Below, piece after piece: positions 53,397-64,000 of a stretch of DNA of 64,000 bases. Location of the stretch: assembly GCF_964355755.1 (NCBI RefSeq), contig NC_092670.1, forward strand, positions 34,832,388-34,896,387, read 5' to 3'. Below the pieces are notes generated by a model. It did not search any database. It was not told the origin of the DNA and worked only from the letters and a program-made list of their open reading frames with translations. The number at the start of each line of letters is the position of its first letter. Position 1 is the first letter of the stretch. A program made the translations under genes and the position numbers. This stretch comes from Antedon mediterranea. Its lineage: Eukaryota; Animalia; Echinodermata.

Positions 53397-56013
53397 GCGA
53401 TTTTTTTTTTCGTACATAAGTTGGGGACCCCATCATGAAACGTCACAAAATAAACATGAATAATTCATCAGTTAAATTTTCTTGTTCCGTGTGCACCCAA
53501 AGCGTATAGCAACAAGAAGTGATTACACAAGTGCGGTACGATTCTAGGCCTATCTCCGCTGTGGTTCCGCGTGCGATTTCATAATAGAATAGCGGAGTTT
53601 TGTGTGGATTGTCGAAATAATCAGCCTTTAGTTTATGGTGTTTTTAATATAGTTTATTACTAAAGAATTACGTGTTAAAATTATAGTTTTTATTGATACT
53701 ATTAGGCCTAATTACTAGTCTCTAAACCCCTGTATATTCTAGTAGTAGCTGTGTGGGTACGGTGTGTGTGACTTGTGTCTTTAGGCTATGTCCAATTACT
53801 ACTTATTTTAATGTTTTGCCTAGCTGTCGATTAGCCTCGACACATTTTGCATAGTGGTGTGTGTGAAGAAGAGTGCGCGAAGGCAATCACGTGAATTGAC
53901 CTAGAATCCTAGGCCTATTATTGTAGAAAGAATCGTATCGCAGTTGTTGTTATAGTCATAGTCATATAGTCATATATACTTTATTGTCCATTTAAAAACA
54001 GAAATGTGATTTGAAAACTGGCAAAATACATTGAAGCGTTCTTGGACATAGCCCAAAGAAAGCTTAGACCCACAAGAATAAAGAATGTGTATAATTTGTG
54101 TACTGTATTTTTTTAATTCTGCTATCAATTATCAAACAATATGCAATGTACTCAAAGGAACTTTAAAAATGCGCGTATATGAACACATGAGATGGGAAGA
54201 TTTGACCCACGAGAATAAAAAATGTATTTTTGTGTAATGTTTATTGTTTAATTTTGCTGACTTATTACTCGGATTGTGTCATACCAAAGATAGTGTAACT
54301 ATTACCAAAGATAGTGTAACTATCTTTGGTCATACCTAACACACACACACGTCACACACATCCACACAGCTACTACTAGAATAGACATGGGTTTAGAGAC
54401 TAATAATTAGGCCTAATATAGTATTAATAGAAACTATAATTTTAACACGTAATTCTTTAGTAATAAATTATATTAAAAACACCATAAACTAAAGGCCGAT
54501 TATTTCGACAATCCACACAAAACGCCGCTATTCTTCAACAGCGGAGATAGGCCTAGAATCGTACCGCACTTGTGTAATCACTTCTTGTTGCTATACGCTT
54601 GGGTGCACCATGGATTAAAGAATAGAAGGATATGCATCGACGGTGACATCAAACGATTTTACAACGCGCTTGCCTATACTAAAGCACTGCTGCCAATCAA
54701 ACAAACACGTTCATTGAACTCCGTGTCTCTAACCGCGGCCCTCTGTAAAACGCTGCGAATCAACTGTTACATTTTTTGAGACCAAAACGTAACCATGTAG
54801 AAATCGTATGCGCAGTCTGAATGTTCTATTGACATGTCTGCGTCGATGATTAATTGATAACAAACATATATTGCTGAATAATTCTGTTTTAGTTTCATCA
54901 CAATCGGACTACGAAAAGTTCACTTTCTTACGACTGGTAATTTTAGGTAGTTGGTAATATTAATAAAATATGCCATTTTTATATTTGAATTATCATTATT
55001 TGCCTGCCATCTTCTGTCATTAAAAATTGCGTTAATCTATAGAATATTAAATTATGCATTTGACCATGTATGTTGTTAGCGTGGCCGGTGTTCAGACATA
55101 CAACAATCGTGTTTTTTAATATATGGCTAAGCAGTGGTTTCTTCATAAATCTCCTTAATTATCGATGTGATTATATTTAAACTGTAGTGCCTGGTGATTG
55201 GCTAGTGGTTATGTCATCCACATCACATCCAATCACCGGGCCTAATTGAATGAAAACAGCGATCCCTGATCCGGGATTGGCTGGCTATGTATAGTTGCGA
55301 TTCGTTACCTAGCGGTCGTTTTGAAAAGTACACGCAGGGCAAACTTGATCACGAACAAACGAAGTAGGCCTACCTATTATTATTATTCACACAAGAAGTA
55401 AGACAACGGTGAGTATTTAAGATTAGCCTAGGCCTACCTAGGCAGTATCAATGTCGGCAAATCATAGGGTTTACTAGCCCAGTTTAGCCTAGTTAGTACA
55501 AGGCCTGGGCCTAGCTAGGCTAGCATTCTTGCTGATTTTGTAATTTTACAACAAATGAGACAACTAATAGTTATTGTCTCAGATGTAGGGCTACTACAGG
55601 TCATAAAATGCTACTTTAATCATCATAAAAAAATCATTAGCGTAGATCAATCGCGGCAGAAACCAACATAGTCAATAGTTGACCATCTACAAACATCATG
55701 CCACCAAAGAACGCGCGAAAGAAGCGTAGTAGCCAACAAGGTTAAATGTCGTTGCACATGTGCAGTAAACAATATATTAGGCACGCGACCGTTTCGTTGT
55801 TACCATGCGGTTAATTAAACTGTAACATTGTGGGCGGTCCGCGGTCTGTCGGCGAGAGTCAAGGAACCCTTGATCTCACGTCGATGCATATCCTTCTATT
55901 CTTTAATCCATGGGTGCACACGGAACAAGAAAATTTAACTGATGAATTATTCATGTTTATTTTGTGACGTTTCATGAGGGGGTCCCCAACTTATGTACGA
56001 AAAAAAAAATCGC
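53397..56013. mobile_element. Mutator-like (MULE) foldback element with about 375-bp TIRs and 9-bp TSD
   Basis: TGCCCGCTC direct repeat at 53388-53396 and 56014-56022. Left TIR 53397-53772 is mirrored by about 54350-54608 plus 55913-56013 (split by a nested insertion). Confidence 0.8.
54609..55912. mobile_element. P-superfamily-like non-autonomous element nested in the MULE right TIR
   Basis: 34-bp perfect TIR CATGGATTAAAGAATAGAAGGATATGCATCGACG, CAT...ATG termini, 7-bp TSD GGTGCAC (54602-54608, 55913-55919). Confidence 0.75.
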
Positions 56014-57001
56014 TGCCCGCTCTGCTTAAATTAAAGGGTGGCTCCGGGTTTTGAATGTAGTATAAAATATCATCTTTATTTATTTATTTATTTTATTTAT
56101 TTATTTTATTCAGTTGTCAACCAACAGCGATGAAACCGCCACTAACAGGTTGAATCTAAACATAATAAACTATAAAATGTATTCAAATAAACAACAAAAA
56201 CATAAACAAAGATCACAACATTAAGGTTTAACAATTTTACCCTTAAATACATTTAAACTATCATAAAATAAATCAATATCCAAACAAATAACAAGTAACC
56301 TATTAAATGTGTTAGGTAACCGCCGAAAAATACCTCGTTTTGTGCATTCAACACGACCACAAGGAACGTGAAGCAAGATGATATTATTGTTAATATACTG
56401 GTATTTGCATATCGATATATTGAGCTAATTTGCATAGTTATAGTTTACAGGTGGTTGATTCGTATATAAGTATAAAAGAGCTTAAATGCCAATATAATAA
56501 AAGACTTGATTTTGGTATCTGTCTACTGTTTTTATTTGGTACACATCACACAACTTAAGTATCTTTAAAAAAAAAAAAAAAATTAAGCAGAAGAGATGTT
56601 TACAGTCAAAGACATTTCACCTGTGATTAGAGGGATATTTTCTGTCTTTAAAAAGATGGCATACCCATCACCTTTAAGGCCAATTTACACAGACGAGCGA
56701 TAACGGTAATACAACTACTGTATTAGATTCTATGTTATTCCTTAAGACCATTCATTACTGCTCGTTTGTGTAAATTGGCCTTTAGCCGACGCAAACGATT
56801 ATTGAGATGTACCGGTAACGTAACGAAATATTTGGTTCTAAAATTAAAACAATTACAATTGTTGTTTGTTCAACATATAATTTATTGGTCTTACATTAAA
56901 AAAAATAGTTTTAAAAACCGAATAAAAATACTTTAAACTCACTAAAAAAACAATTACTAAAATTGTTCCACTCCACTCCACTCCACAGAAATTAACAAGA
57001 A

Positions 57002-57157
57002 GCTTTCGATTTGCGACGACCGACGACCAAACTACGTAATTCACTGCGCGTTTATTCACTATGCGCATGCGTAGATATTGGGTCAGGTCCAGGTGACGAC
57101 TGATGACCCATCGATTGACCTGACCTAGGTAGGTCATCGGTCGTCGCAAATTGAAAG
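57002..57157. mobile_element. Short MITE
   Basis: GCTTTCGATTTGCGACGACCGACGACC ... GGTCATCGGTCGTCGCAAATTGAAAGC inverted ends. Confidence 0.6.
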
Positions 57158-58563
57158 CACCGTAATAGTTAATTATAACAACCAACACTAATTATATTAA
57201 TGAGTAGTTTTAACTAACCTAAACTCGCTAGTTGACTAGCAATACATAAAATATCAAACCAGAATACCGACCTTATAAAGTGGACATTAATAGGAGATTG
57301 TTTTTTTCTTCTTTAGAGGTAGTTTGAATAAATAGATAAATAGTTTATGGTTTAACTACTCAAAAATGAATAACTTGATGGAAGAACATTTTGATAGATT
57401 TTATGAAATTCAACCTGTGCTATACTCCTCCTGTAAACTAACAACAGAATTAGTCTGTAAAGAGGCTTGGGTTTATTCATAATGAAAGTAACTTTTTATT
57501 CTAATATTATAAAAATAATTTACGATGGTGACCCTGTATACCGTTATTTACAAGTGGTCTCAAATTGACTAATAATTAGCAGATATTAAAGGGTAGCTCA
57601 GCTATGTGATTAAAGTTTACATTGTTTAATAAACCTTTCCCACAACATTAATGATGACTCCACTTATTTTTGGACAGCAGTGAAGCAAAATAATAATCGT
57701 GAAATATGCCTTTTTTTAGAAGTAGTCTAAGTATCGTGAATTCCCCACCCCCTCTCCCATTTTAAAAAGTAGTGCTACTTACAGGGCTTTTTTGTTGGAA
57801 GGTTTAATTTTCTTAATAAACAATACAAGAACGGAAATAACCTTTTAACAAAGCATGCTATAGGCTATATAATATAGGTTGGTACTATAACTAATCCACC
57901 AAATTTACAGCGAAAAAAATCACTCATAAAACAGTCCAATAATTACTGAATATGGTAGCAATGGAATCAAATATAGTAAAACAAATCATGTTTAATAGCT
58001 AGCTGTTTAGTACTGTACAAACACTTTTTAGCGAATAAATAAATCTATATTTATCTATACTGTATAGACGTTGTCAATATAGAAAAACTGAAATCTATAA
58101 ATTGCATTGAAACTGAAATCCTTGAAACTAGGGTCACACCCAAAATATACAATTTTCACTAGTTTCCTAAGGAAAGGAACCTTGGGGATGATCCACTTGT
58201 GTCACTCCCTCATCAACACCCCCACCCTCCCCACCTTCTTGGTAACAAAAATACAATTTTTAAGGCTTTTTTTTATATCAGTTTACTAGGGTCATAGCCT
58301 CTGCCTTGGTAACAAAAATATGTTCTTACACTCATACAGTTGTAACCCTAATGACACCTTAAACTTTACATGTTTGAGGAATTATTTTTTCCATTTTGAT
58401 AATTTGATTTTGTTCAATAGGGGGAAAAAACCCAGTCATTGGCTTGTAATGTCCGGTGTAACATCATTTTGAGTTGGTAAAGTAGAGACTTTTGATTGCT
58501 ATAAAAAAGCAATTCTCGCTTCCTGACTTGTATTCACTCCAAACACTTAGCATGTTGCTGTGA

Positions 58564-61500
58564 TTAAGAACAGACATTATTTGACGCAAGTTCGTGAGTT
58601 TTTTGTCTCTTAGGACTGGGTTCAGAATGTTCACAAGACATAGAGTCTGACATACTTGATTTGGATGAGCACGCTGGTTCGTACAAAGCTCGGTCAATGC
58701 CTAGAAACTGGCAGGCGTTGTCAGCCAACAATTTGTCCTGAAATATTATATGAATATTACAAAAACATTATTTAATATAAGAAAATGTACACATTATTTT
58801 TTGTAAAAAAAAACAACAACAAAACAAGGTGTCTTTATATTATTTTGTTTTGACACTATGACCAACCCCTATTCAGGGGATACTCCTATTGAAGGGACAC
58901 TTTTTTAGGTCCTGAAGGTGTCCTCTAATACTGTAAGTATTTCAATAAATTAACTAGAGAACAAAAAGACTTCATTACTAAAACTACATCTGACAATACA
59001 CTCTCTATTCAGGGGATACTGTACTCCTATTAAAGGGGCACTTTTTTTGGTCCCCAAGGTGTCCTCTAACACTGTATGTATTCAATAAATTAACTAGGGA
59101 ACAAAAACACTTTATTATTAACAGTAACACTATATCTGGCAACACACCCCCTCCCCCCTATTCAGGGGATACTCCTATAAAAGGAACACTTTTTTGGGTC
59201 CTGAAGGTGTCCTCTAATACTGATTTCAATAAATTAACTAAGGAACAAAAAAAATTTATTATTAAAACTACATCTAGCAACACACCCCTATTCAGGGGAT
59301 ACTGGGACCGTACTTTTTTGGGTCCCAATGTGTTCAATAAATTAACCAGGGAACAAAAAGACTATCAACACTACATCTGGCAACACAATCACTTTACATT
59401 TGTAAAAATAGCAACATAAATTAAGACAGAGAGTTAACCTTACATAACCTTTTGTACACCATGTTTCAATTTAAAGAAATAATCATTACTGAGTGAGGTT
59501 AAAACAAGATATGACAAGCTGTGCGTTACCCATCCAGAAAACTAATTACTTTCATTACTAACAGGTTAATTGGTTCAATCATTGTGGGTAATACTAGTAA
59601 ATTAGGTTCTATTTAGAGAGGTTTGACAACATCATGACTACGCTAAAAAGTTACTGTTAGTGAGTCATAAAGTAATCTGGTAATAAGCATTTTTTTGTGA
59701 ATAATTTCTAAATTACTGCTATTTAGAGAATAAAATTTTCACACAAAAAAAAATTTACTTTATGAAGGAATATAACATAAATTGTTCTAATTACTATTAC
59801 TAATTATTATTATTATTATTATTATATTATATTTTGTTAATTCAGCTGATAAATATCCCTCATTACCGTAAATAGTTAAAGGGGGTCATATGCAGTACAT
59901 AGAGCACTTTTGTTCACATATAAATAAAAAGTATTATTAGCTAGCTGTCTATACTAATGAAACTAGTTTGACAAAAATGATGTGATGTGCTCAAATATGC
60001 CCAAATATGGTAGTGATATATGCCCAAATATGGTAGTGATATGACATCATCATGTACATATATGGTCACATCACATTTTCTGTCACATAAAGTTTGTAGC
60101 AGCTGAGCTTCAGGAAGGTTCAATATTTGTCCTCAGTTTAAGCCTTGCACAAAAAAATGTGATGTGCCCATATATGATGTCATATCACTACCATATTTGA
60201 CCATATCACTACCATATTTGAGCACACCACACATTTTTGTCAAACTAGTTTGATAGTGTAGACAGAGCTTTAAAGAAATTTGGATTATGTCCTCAGAAGA
60301 ACGACGACAGCTGCTGTTCAGCGCCAACCACATGATCTGTACACTGGGACCGAACCCTGATTATTACCTCCGCCAAGGAGGTTATGTTTTCACCCCTGTA
60401 TGTTTGTGTGTGTGTTTGTGTGTGTGTTTGTGTGTTTGTGTGTGTGTCTGTGAACAGCCTGGAGGCCACAGTTTTTATCCGATTCTAACCAAATTTGGAC
60501 ACAATGATCTATGCCCAAAAAGCTCGGACGAGTTCGAATTTGAGGGGGAAAGGTCATAGGTCAAGGTCACAACTAACAAAAAACTATTTTACTGCCTAGA
60601 GACCACAGTTTTGATCCGATTCTCACCAAACTTAGCCACAATGATCAATGACACATCATATAATTGTGGTTAAATTTTGAAGGGTCAGGGTCAAAGATCA
60701 AGGCCCACAAAAAAAAAATAAATAAAAAAATAATAAAAAAAAAAAAAAAACCCTCAGTGGGACTTGAACCAGCGATCTCAACTGTGAGAGGCTGGACACA
60801 TAACCATTACACCACACTGTCATCCACAACTTTGTAGTGTGCAGTTAACATATTTACACTTAGAACTAATAAAAAAAAATGTGTAAAAAAAAAATATTCA
60901 GGGGGCATTTTATGTAGGGGAATTTTACAGTAGGCGGAGGTTTGTACTCTCGGAGTACCCTCTAGTTTATTAATATAATGGTGTACTATTATTATTAAAG
61001 TTTATTCAAAGTTCTTTATCATGCACATGGGCAGTGTATGTACACAGGAAAATAGATTTACATCCCATCTGAAGGACGAGAAAATGAGAGTAAATCTTGC
61101 CTAAGGATACAGTACTTACATTTACATTTTTTGGTTGCCTTTTACATCCCAAATTTAAATATCGTCAACAACAATTCAACTCAAACATGATAGGGTTAAT
61201 AAAAATAAAGATAAATTTTTTGAATAAATTGTGTTCTATTTGAGTTAAGCGCCTTTCACACCTGCTCTGATCTGGCTTGGCAAATCAAATCGCATCTCAA
61301 TGGCTTTTTTTCACAACACTATGCCAATCATTTTACTTGATGTGCATGTGTACACACAATCTGATGCCAACCTGAACTAGAGCCGGATCAGAGCAGTTAA
61401 ATCTTTTTCATAAAGTATCAAAAAACAACCTTTGCATTCAATAGTGAACAAATTTCTTATTATTGGCTGTTGCAATTTAACTACTCCACAAATCAATGTT

Positions 61501-63754
61501 TAACCATAGAGGGTGCCATCAATATTTTTATAAATGTCTATATAGAAAGTTGAGTATATACCTTAAGAATATCACTGAAATCATTCATTGATTGTATTAG
61601 TTTTCCGGGATGATGTTCTCCTAATGGGAACGGATAATCACTTCCAAGCACAATATTGTCCTGAAAATAATATAATTATAATATTAATCAATTGGCCGCA
61701 GTGTTGAAACATATATTGCCACCTGTTCCTTTCACATGAAAGTGAAATAGAGGTGTCCTCTGAATAGAGGTACCATGAAGGGGGAGGGGGAGGGGTTCCT
61801 ACTCTACTGAAAACGGAATTGCTTTAATTGTTCATTATCATAACAAAATAACAATAGAATTTCTTCTTAAAGATTGCCAATATTAGTACGATAAAAAAAA
61901 GATAAACAAAATTAATATATAGAATACACGCACATTATTACACAAACTTAAGTTTTAAAATGAGGAACTTTGATTAAAAAAGAAAATAACCTTTCCTATG
62001 ACATTAACCAGCAGCCTCAGAGCCTCAGGATCGTGTACTAAGGAATCCGTGTAGACGCGCCCTAAGTAATTACGTGGATTTACTTCACACTCAACGGCAC
62101 AGAGATCAGGCCTTACGTTAAATCCGTGTTCGATCCTGCCAATAGTACATGGGAACGAACCTCCTGTAAGATAAAGAAATAAAAACACAATGTAGATATA
62201 TAGTAACTCATAGAAAATGATAGCATTGTCTTTGAAGTATTGTGTTTCTTGTGTAAAATGCAGGCCTTTTGAAAATTATAAGCACGCCTGTGAGCTTTGC
62301 TTATCCTTGCCTCCTTAGATTTTCACCTGTTTTTTTTTGTTACCTATGTTTTAAATGTATTTTGATTTTAAAGGCTCATCTTTCGTAACGTTGCATTTAA
62401 ATATATGATGTACATTTTAGAAGATTAATTACATTAATCTGATACTGATTAAAAATACTATAAAGAATAAATGAATGAATGAATGAAAGGTGTGTTAGCT
62501 ACAAATAATACAGCTGTAGGTGTGCTGTTGTATTTTGGTGTGTAGAAGTTTACCAAATTTAAGCGTGTTGTAAATCGCACTCCTCAAGGGCATTTTTTAG
62601 GAGTGTGTTAGGTGAGTGATCGCGCTCGCTCACCTTAAAAGACAAGGCCTGAAAATGTGTCCCCTGAAGCTTGGTTTCTTATTAGGACTCAATGCAAAGA
62701 CGTAAGTCACAAATTAGCAAATCGACTAATCAAAACAGATGGATTATTAGAACTTGTGATTGGTCAATTTACACTGCAGCTTAACAACCCTGTGTTGCGT
62801 CCTAGTGAAAACCAAGCTTCAATAGACATAGTATACATACATCACCCCTTTGTTCGTTTCACAATATCTCTTAATAGTGGCATCCCATACATTTTTATGA
62901 AGGAGGTAAAAAAAAAAATGTACATACCTCCGTGAGCAAAGCAAACTTTCAACTTTGGGAACCTTTCCAACACGCCACCAAAAATAAGGGAGCACATTGC
63001 TGTAGCCGTTTCTGCTGGCATGCCCACTAACCATGGCAACCAATATTTCGACATTCTCCCCGACATCTCCATGTCCCATGGATGCACAAAAATGGAACAG
63101 TCCAACTCCTCAGCTGCCTACAATAATGAAGTAGAATATATCATTTATTTATTATTTTATATGTACTACAAATGCTGATATTTTTTATGATAGTATATAA
63201 TATTAAAAGTACTGTAGTTAATTACTTCTTTCCATTCCATAATTTTACATCACTTTAATTTGCAAAGGTATTTTATATCATTATATTGTATATTTATTAC
63301 TGTAGTTAAGTTTCTACCAGCGGCAATGAATTGAAATACCTAAATTAATAAACTAAATTGTGCATTTGACATCTTATCTTTATCCCTTTAAACATTTCTC
63401 TTGATTATACTTCATAAATTCTCTCAATATTTCTCTTCTTTAAGTTAGGATTACCAGGCCTTGTCTTTTTAAAATTGTAGGTGTGCTACAAATTGCACTC
63501 CTCAATACATTTAGGGGTGCTGTAGGTGTGCTGTTTGTAGAAATTTACCAAATTTAGGCGTGTTGTAAATCGCTCTCCTCAAGGGCAGCTTAGGAGTGTT
63601 AGGCGAGTGATCACACTTGGTCGCCTTAAAAGACAAGGCCTGGATTACTGTAATTTTTTTAAATACTTACAGCGAAAAATGACTGAAGTTCTGGTGCGTC
63701 TAAATTCCAATCATTTACATGAGATCCAATTTCAATTCCTGGAAATCCAAGTTC
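58564..63754 (-). CDS. ACMSD: 2-amino-3-carboxymuconate-6-semialdehyde decarboxylase, 3' five exons (5' part beyond window)
   Basis: Exons 63754-63671 ([18 protein letters not shown]), 63117-62928 (FVHPWDM...[12 protein letters not shown]...KVCFAHGG), 62163-61991 ([14 protein letters not shown]...DSLVHD), 61660-61562 ([11 protein letters not shown]), 58737-58564. GT-AG and in phase. Confidence 0.93.
58862..59390. repeat. Diverged tandem array (about 130-150 bp x4), probably derived from a Tc1/pogo-type MITE
   Basis: CTATTCAGGGGATACT...GGTGTCCTCTAA...AATAAATTAACTA repeated four times in the last ACMSD intron; related fragment at about 61748-61810. Confidence 0.7.
60361..60967 (+). mobile_element. 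Helentron-associated non-autonomous element (HINE / DINE-1-like)
   Basis: 5' TTATT-ACCTCCGCC-AA-GGAGGT subterminal IR plus hairpin, (GT/GTTT)n microsatellite, AGGTCA-rich core repeats, 3' GGCGGAGGT (60933-60941), stem-loop GTACTCTCGGAGTAC and terminal CTAGTT. Confidence 0.85.
60751..60821 (-). pseudogene. Degenerate tRNA-like sequence (Glu-CTC-like) inside the HINE
   Basis: Minus strand has A-box TGGTGTAATGG, loop CTCTCAC, B-box GGTTCAAGTCC, then a long T run. Stems are poorly paired, so it is not a functional tRNA. Confidence 0.55.
61246..61400. mobile_element. Degenerate MITE
   Basis: CTGCTCTGATCTGGCT ... AGCCGGATCAGAGCAG inverted ends. Confidence 0.45.
62261..62651. mobile_element. hAT-like MITE with 6-bp TSD
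   Basis: CAGGCCTT ... AAGGCCTG flanked by AAAATG on both sides; 3' part shared with 63455-63642. Confidence 0.65.
63455..63642. mobile_element. hAT-like MITE with 6-bp TSD (same family)
   Basis: CAGGCCTTGTCTTTT ... AAAAGACAAGGCCTG flanked by GATTAC on both sides. Confidence 0.7.
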
Positions 63755-64000
63755 CTAAAAAAAATGAATAACATTATGTTTTAAAATAAAATTACAAAAA
63801 AGATTGACGTTTCCGGGCCATTATGGGACAATCAAGAACAAGCGAGTAAAATTAACAACTATACAGAGCACCAAAGGAGGACAGGAAATATTTATATATA
63901 AATATAAATTGAAAAAGAGCTTTTAAAAGGAGTAAATATTATATTTATTCATTTAACCTTCCTTTTCTTTCAAATAAGCAGCACAAACTGGTTATTAAAA

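Noticed and set aside
60751-60821. Functional tRNA-Glu gene
   Set aside because: Acceptor, anticodon and T stems are mismatched; kept only as a tRNA-derived remnant.

Overview
AT-rich animal genomic DNA with spliceosomal GT-AG introns, probably from a marine invertebrate (an echinoderm origin is plausible but cannot be proven from this window). Four recognisable genes were reconstructed by hand with consistent intron phases: enkurin (3 coding exons, minus); NFX1 (17 coding exons, about 1074 aa, plus, head-to-head with enkurin); an intronless rhodopsin-class GPCR (plus); and the 3' five exons of ACMSD (minus, runs off the window end). A fifth gene, seen by the ORF track only as low-complexity fragments, lies at about 47.3-50.7 kb on the minus strand. 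It has six phase-compatible exons encoding an Ala-rich, Lys/Glu-rich, unique-C-terminus protein built partly by exon duplication, plus an upstream ATG micro-exon carrying an in-frame stop. The rest is dense with non-autonomous mobile DNA: Harbinger-like MITEs (one with a decayed Myb/SANT gene), piggyBac, Kolobok, hAT-like elements, a P-like element nested in a Mutator-like foldback, a Helentron/HINE carrying a tRNA-like unit, SINE/LINE remnants and tandem arrays. Other notable items are an inverted pair of Penelope-type hammerhead motifs in an NFX1 intron, a tandem array whose junctions are copied from an NFX1 exon, and an NLS-like C-terminal extension on ACMSD. No CRISPR array, rRNA or intact transposase was seen. 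No database searches were run.
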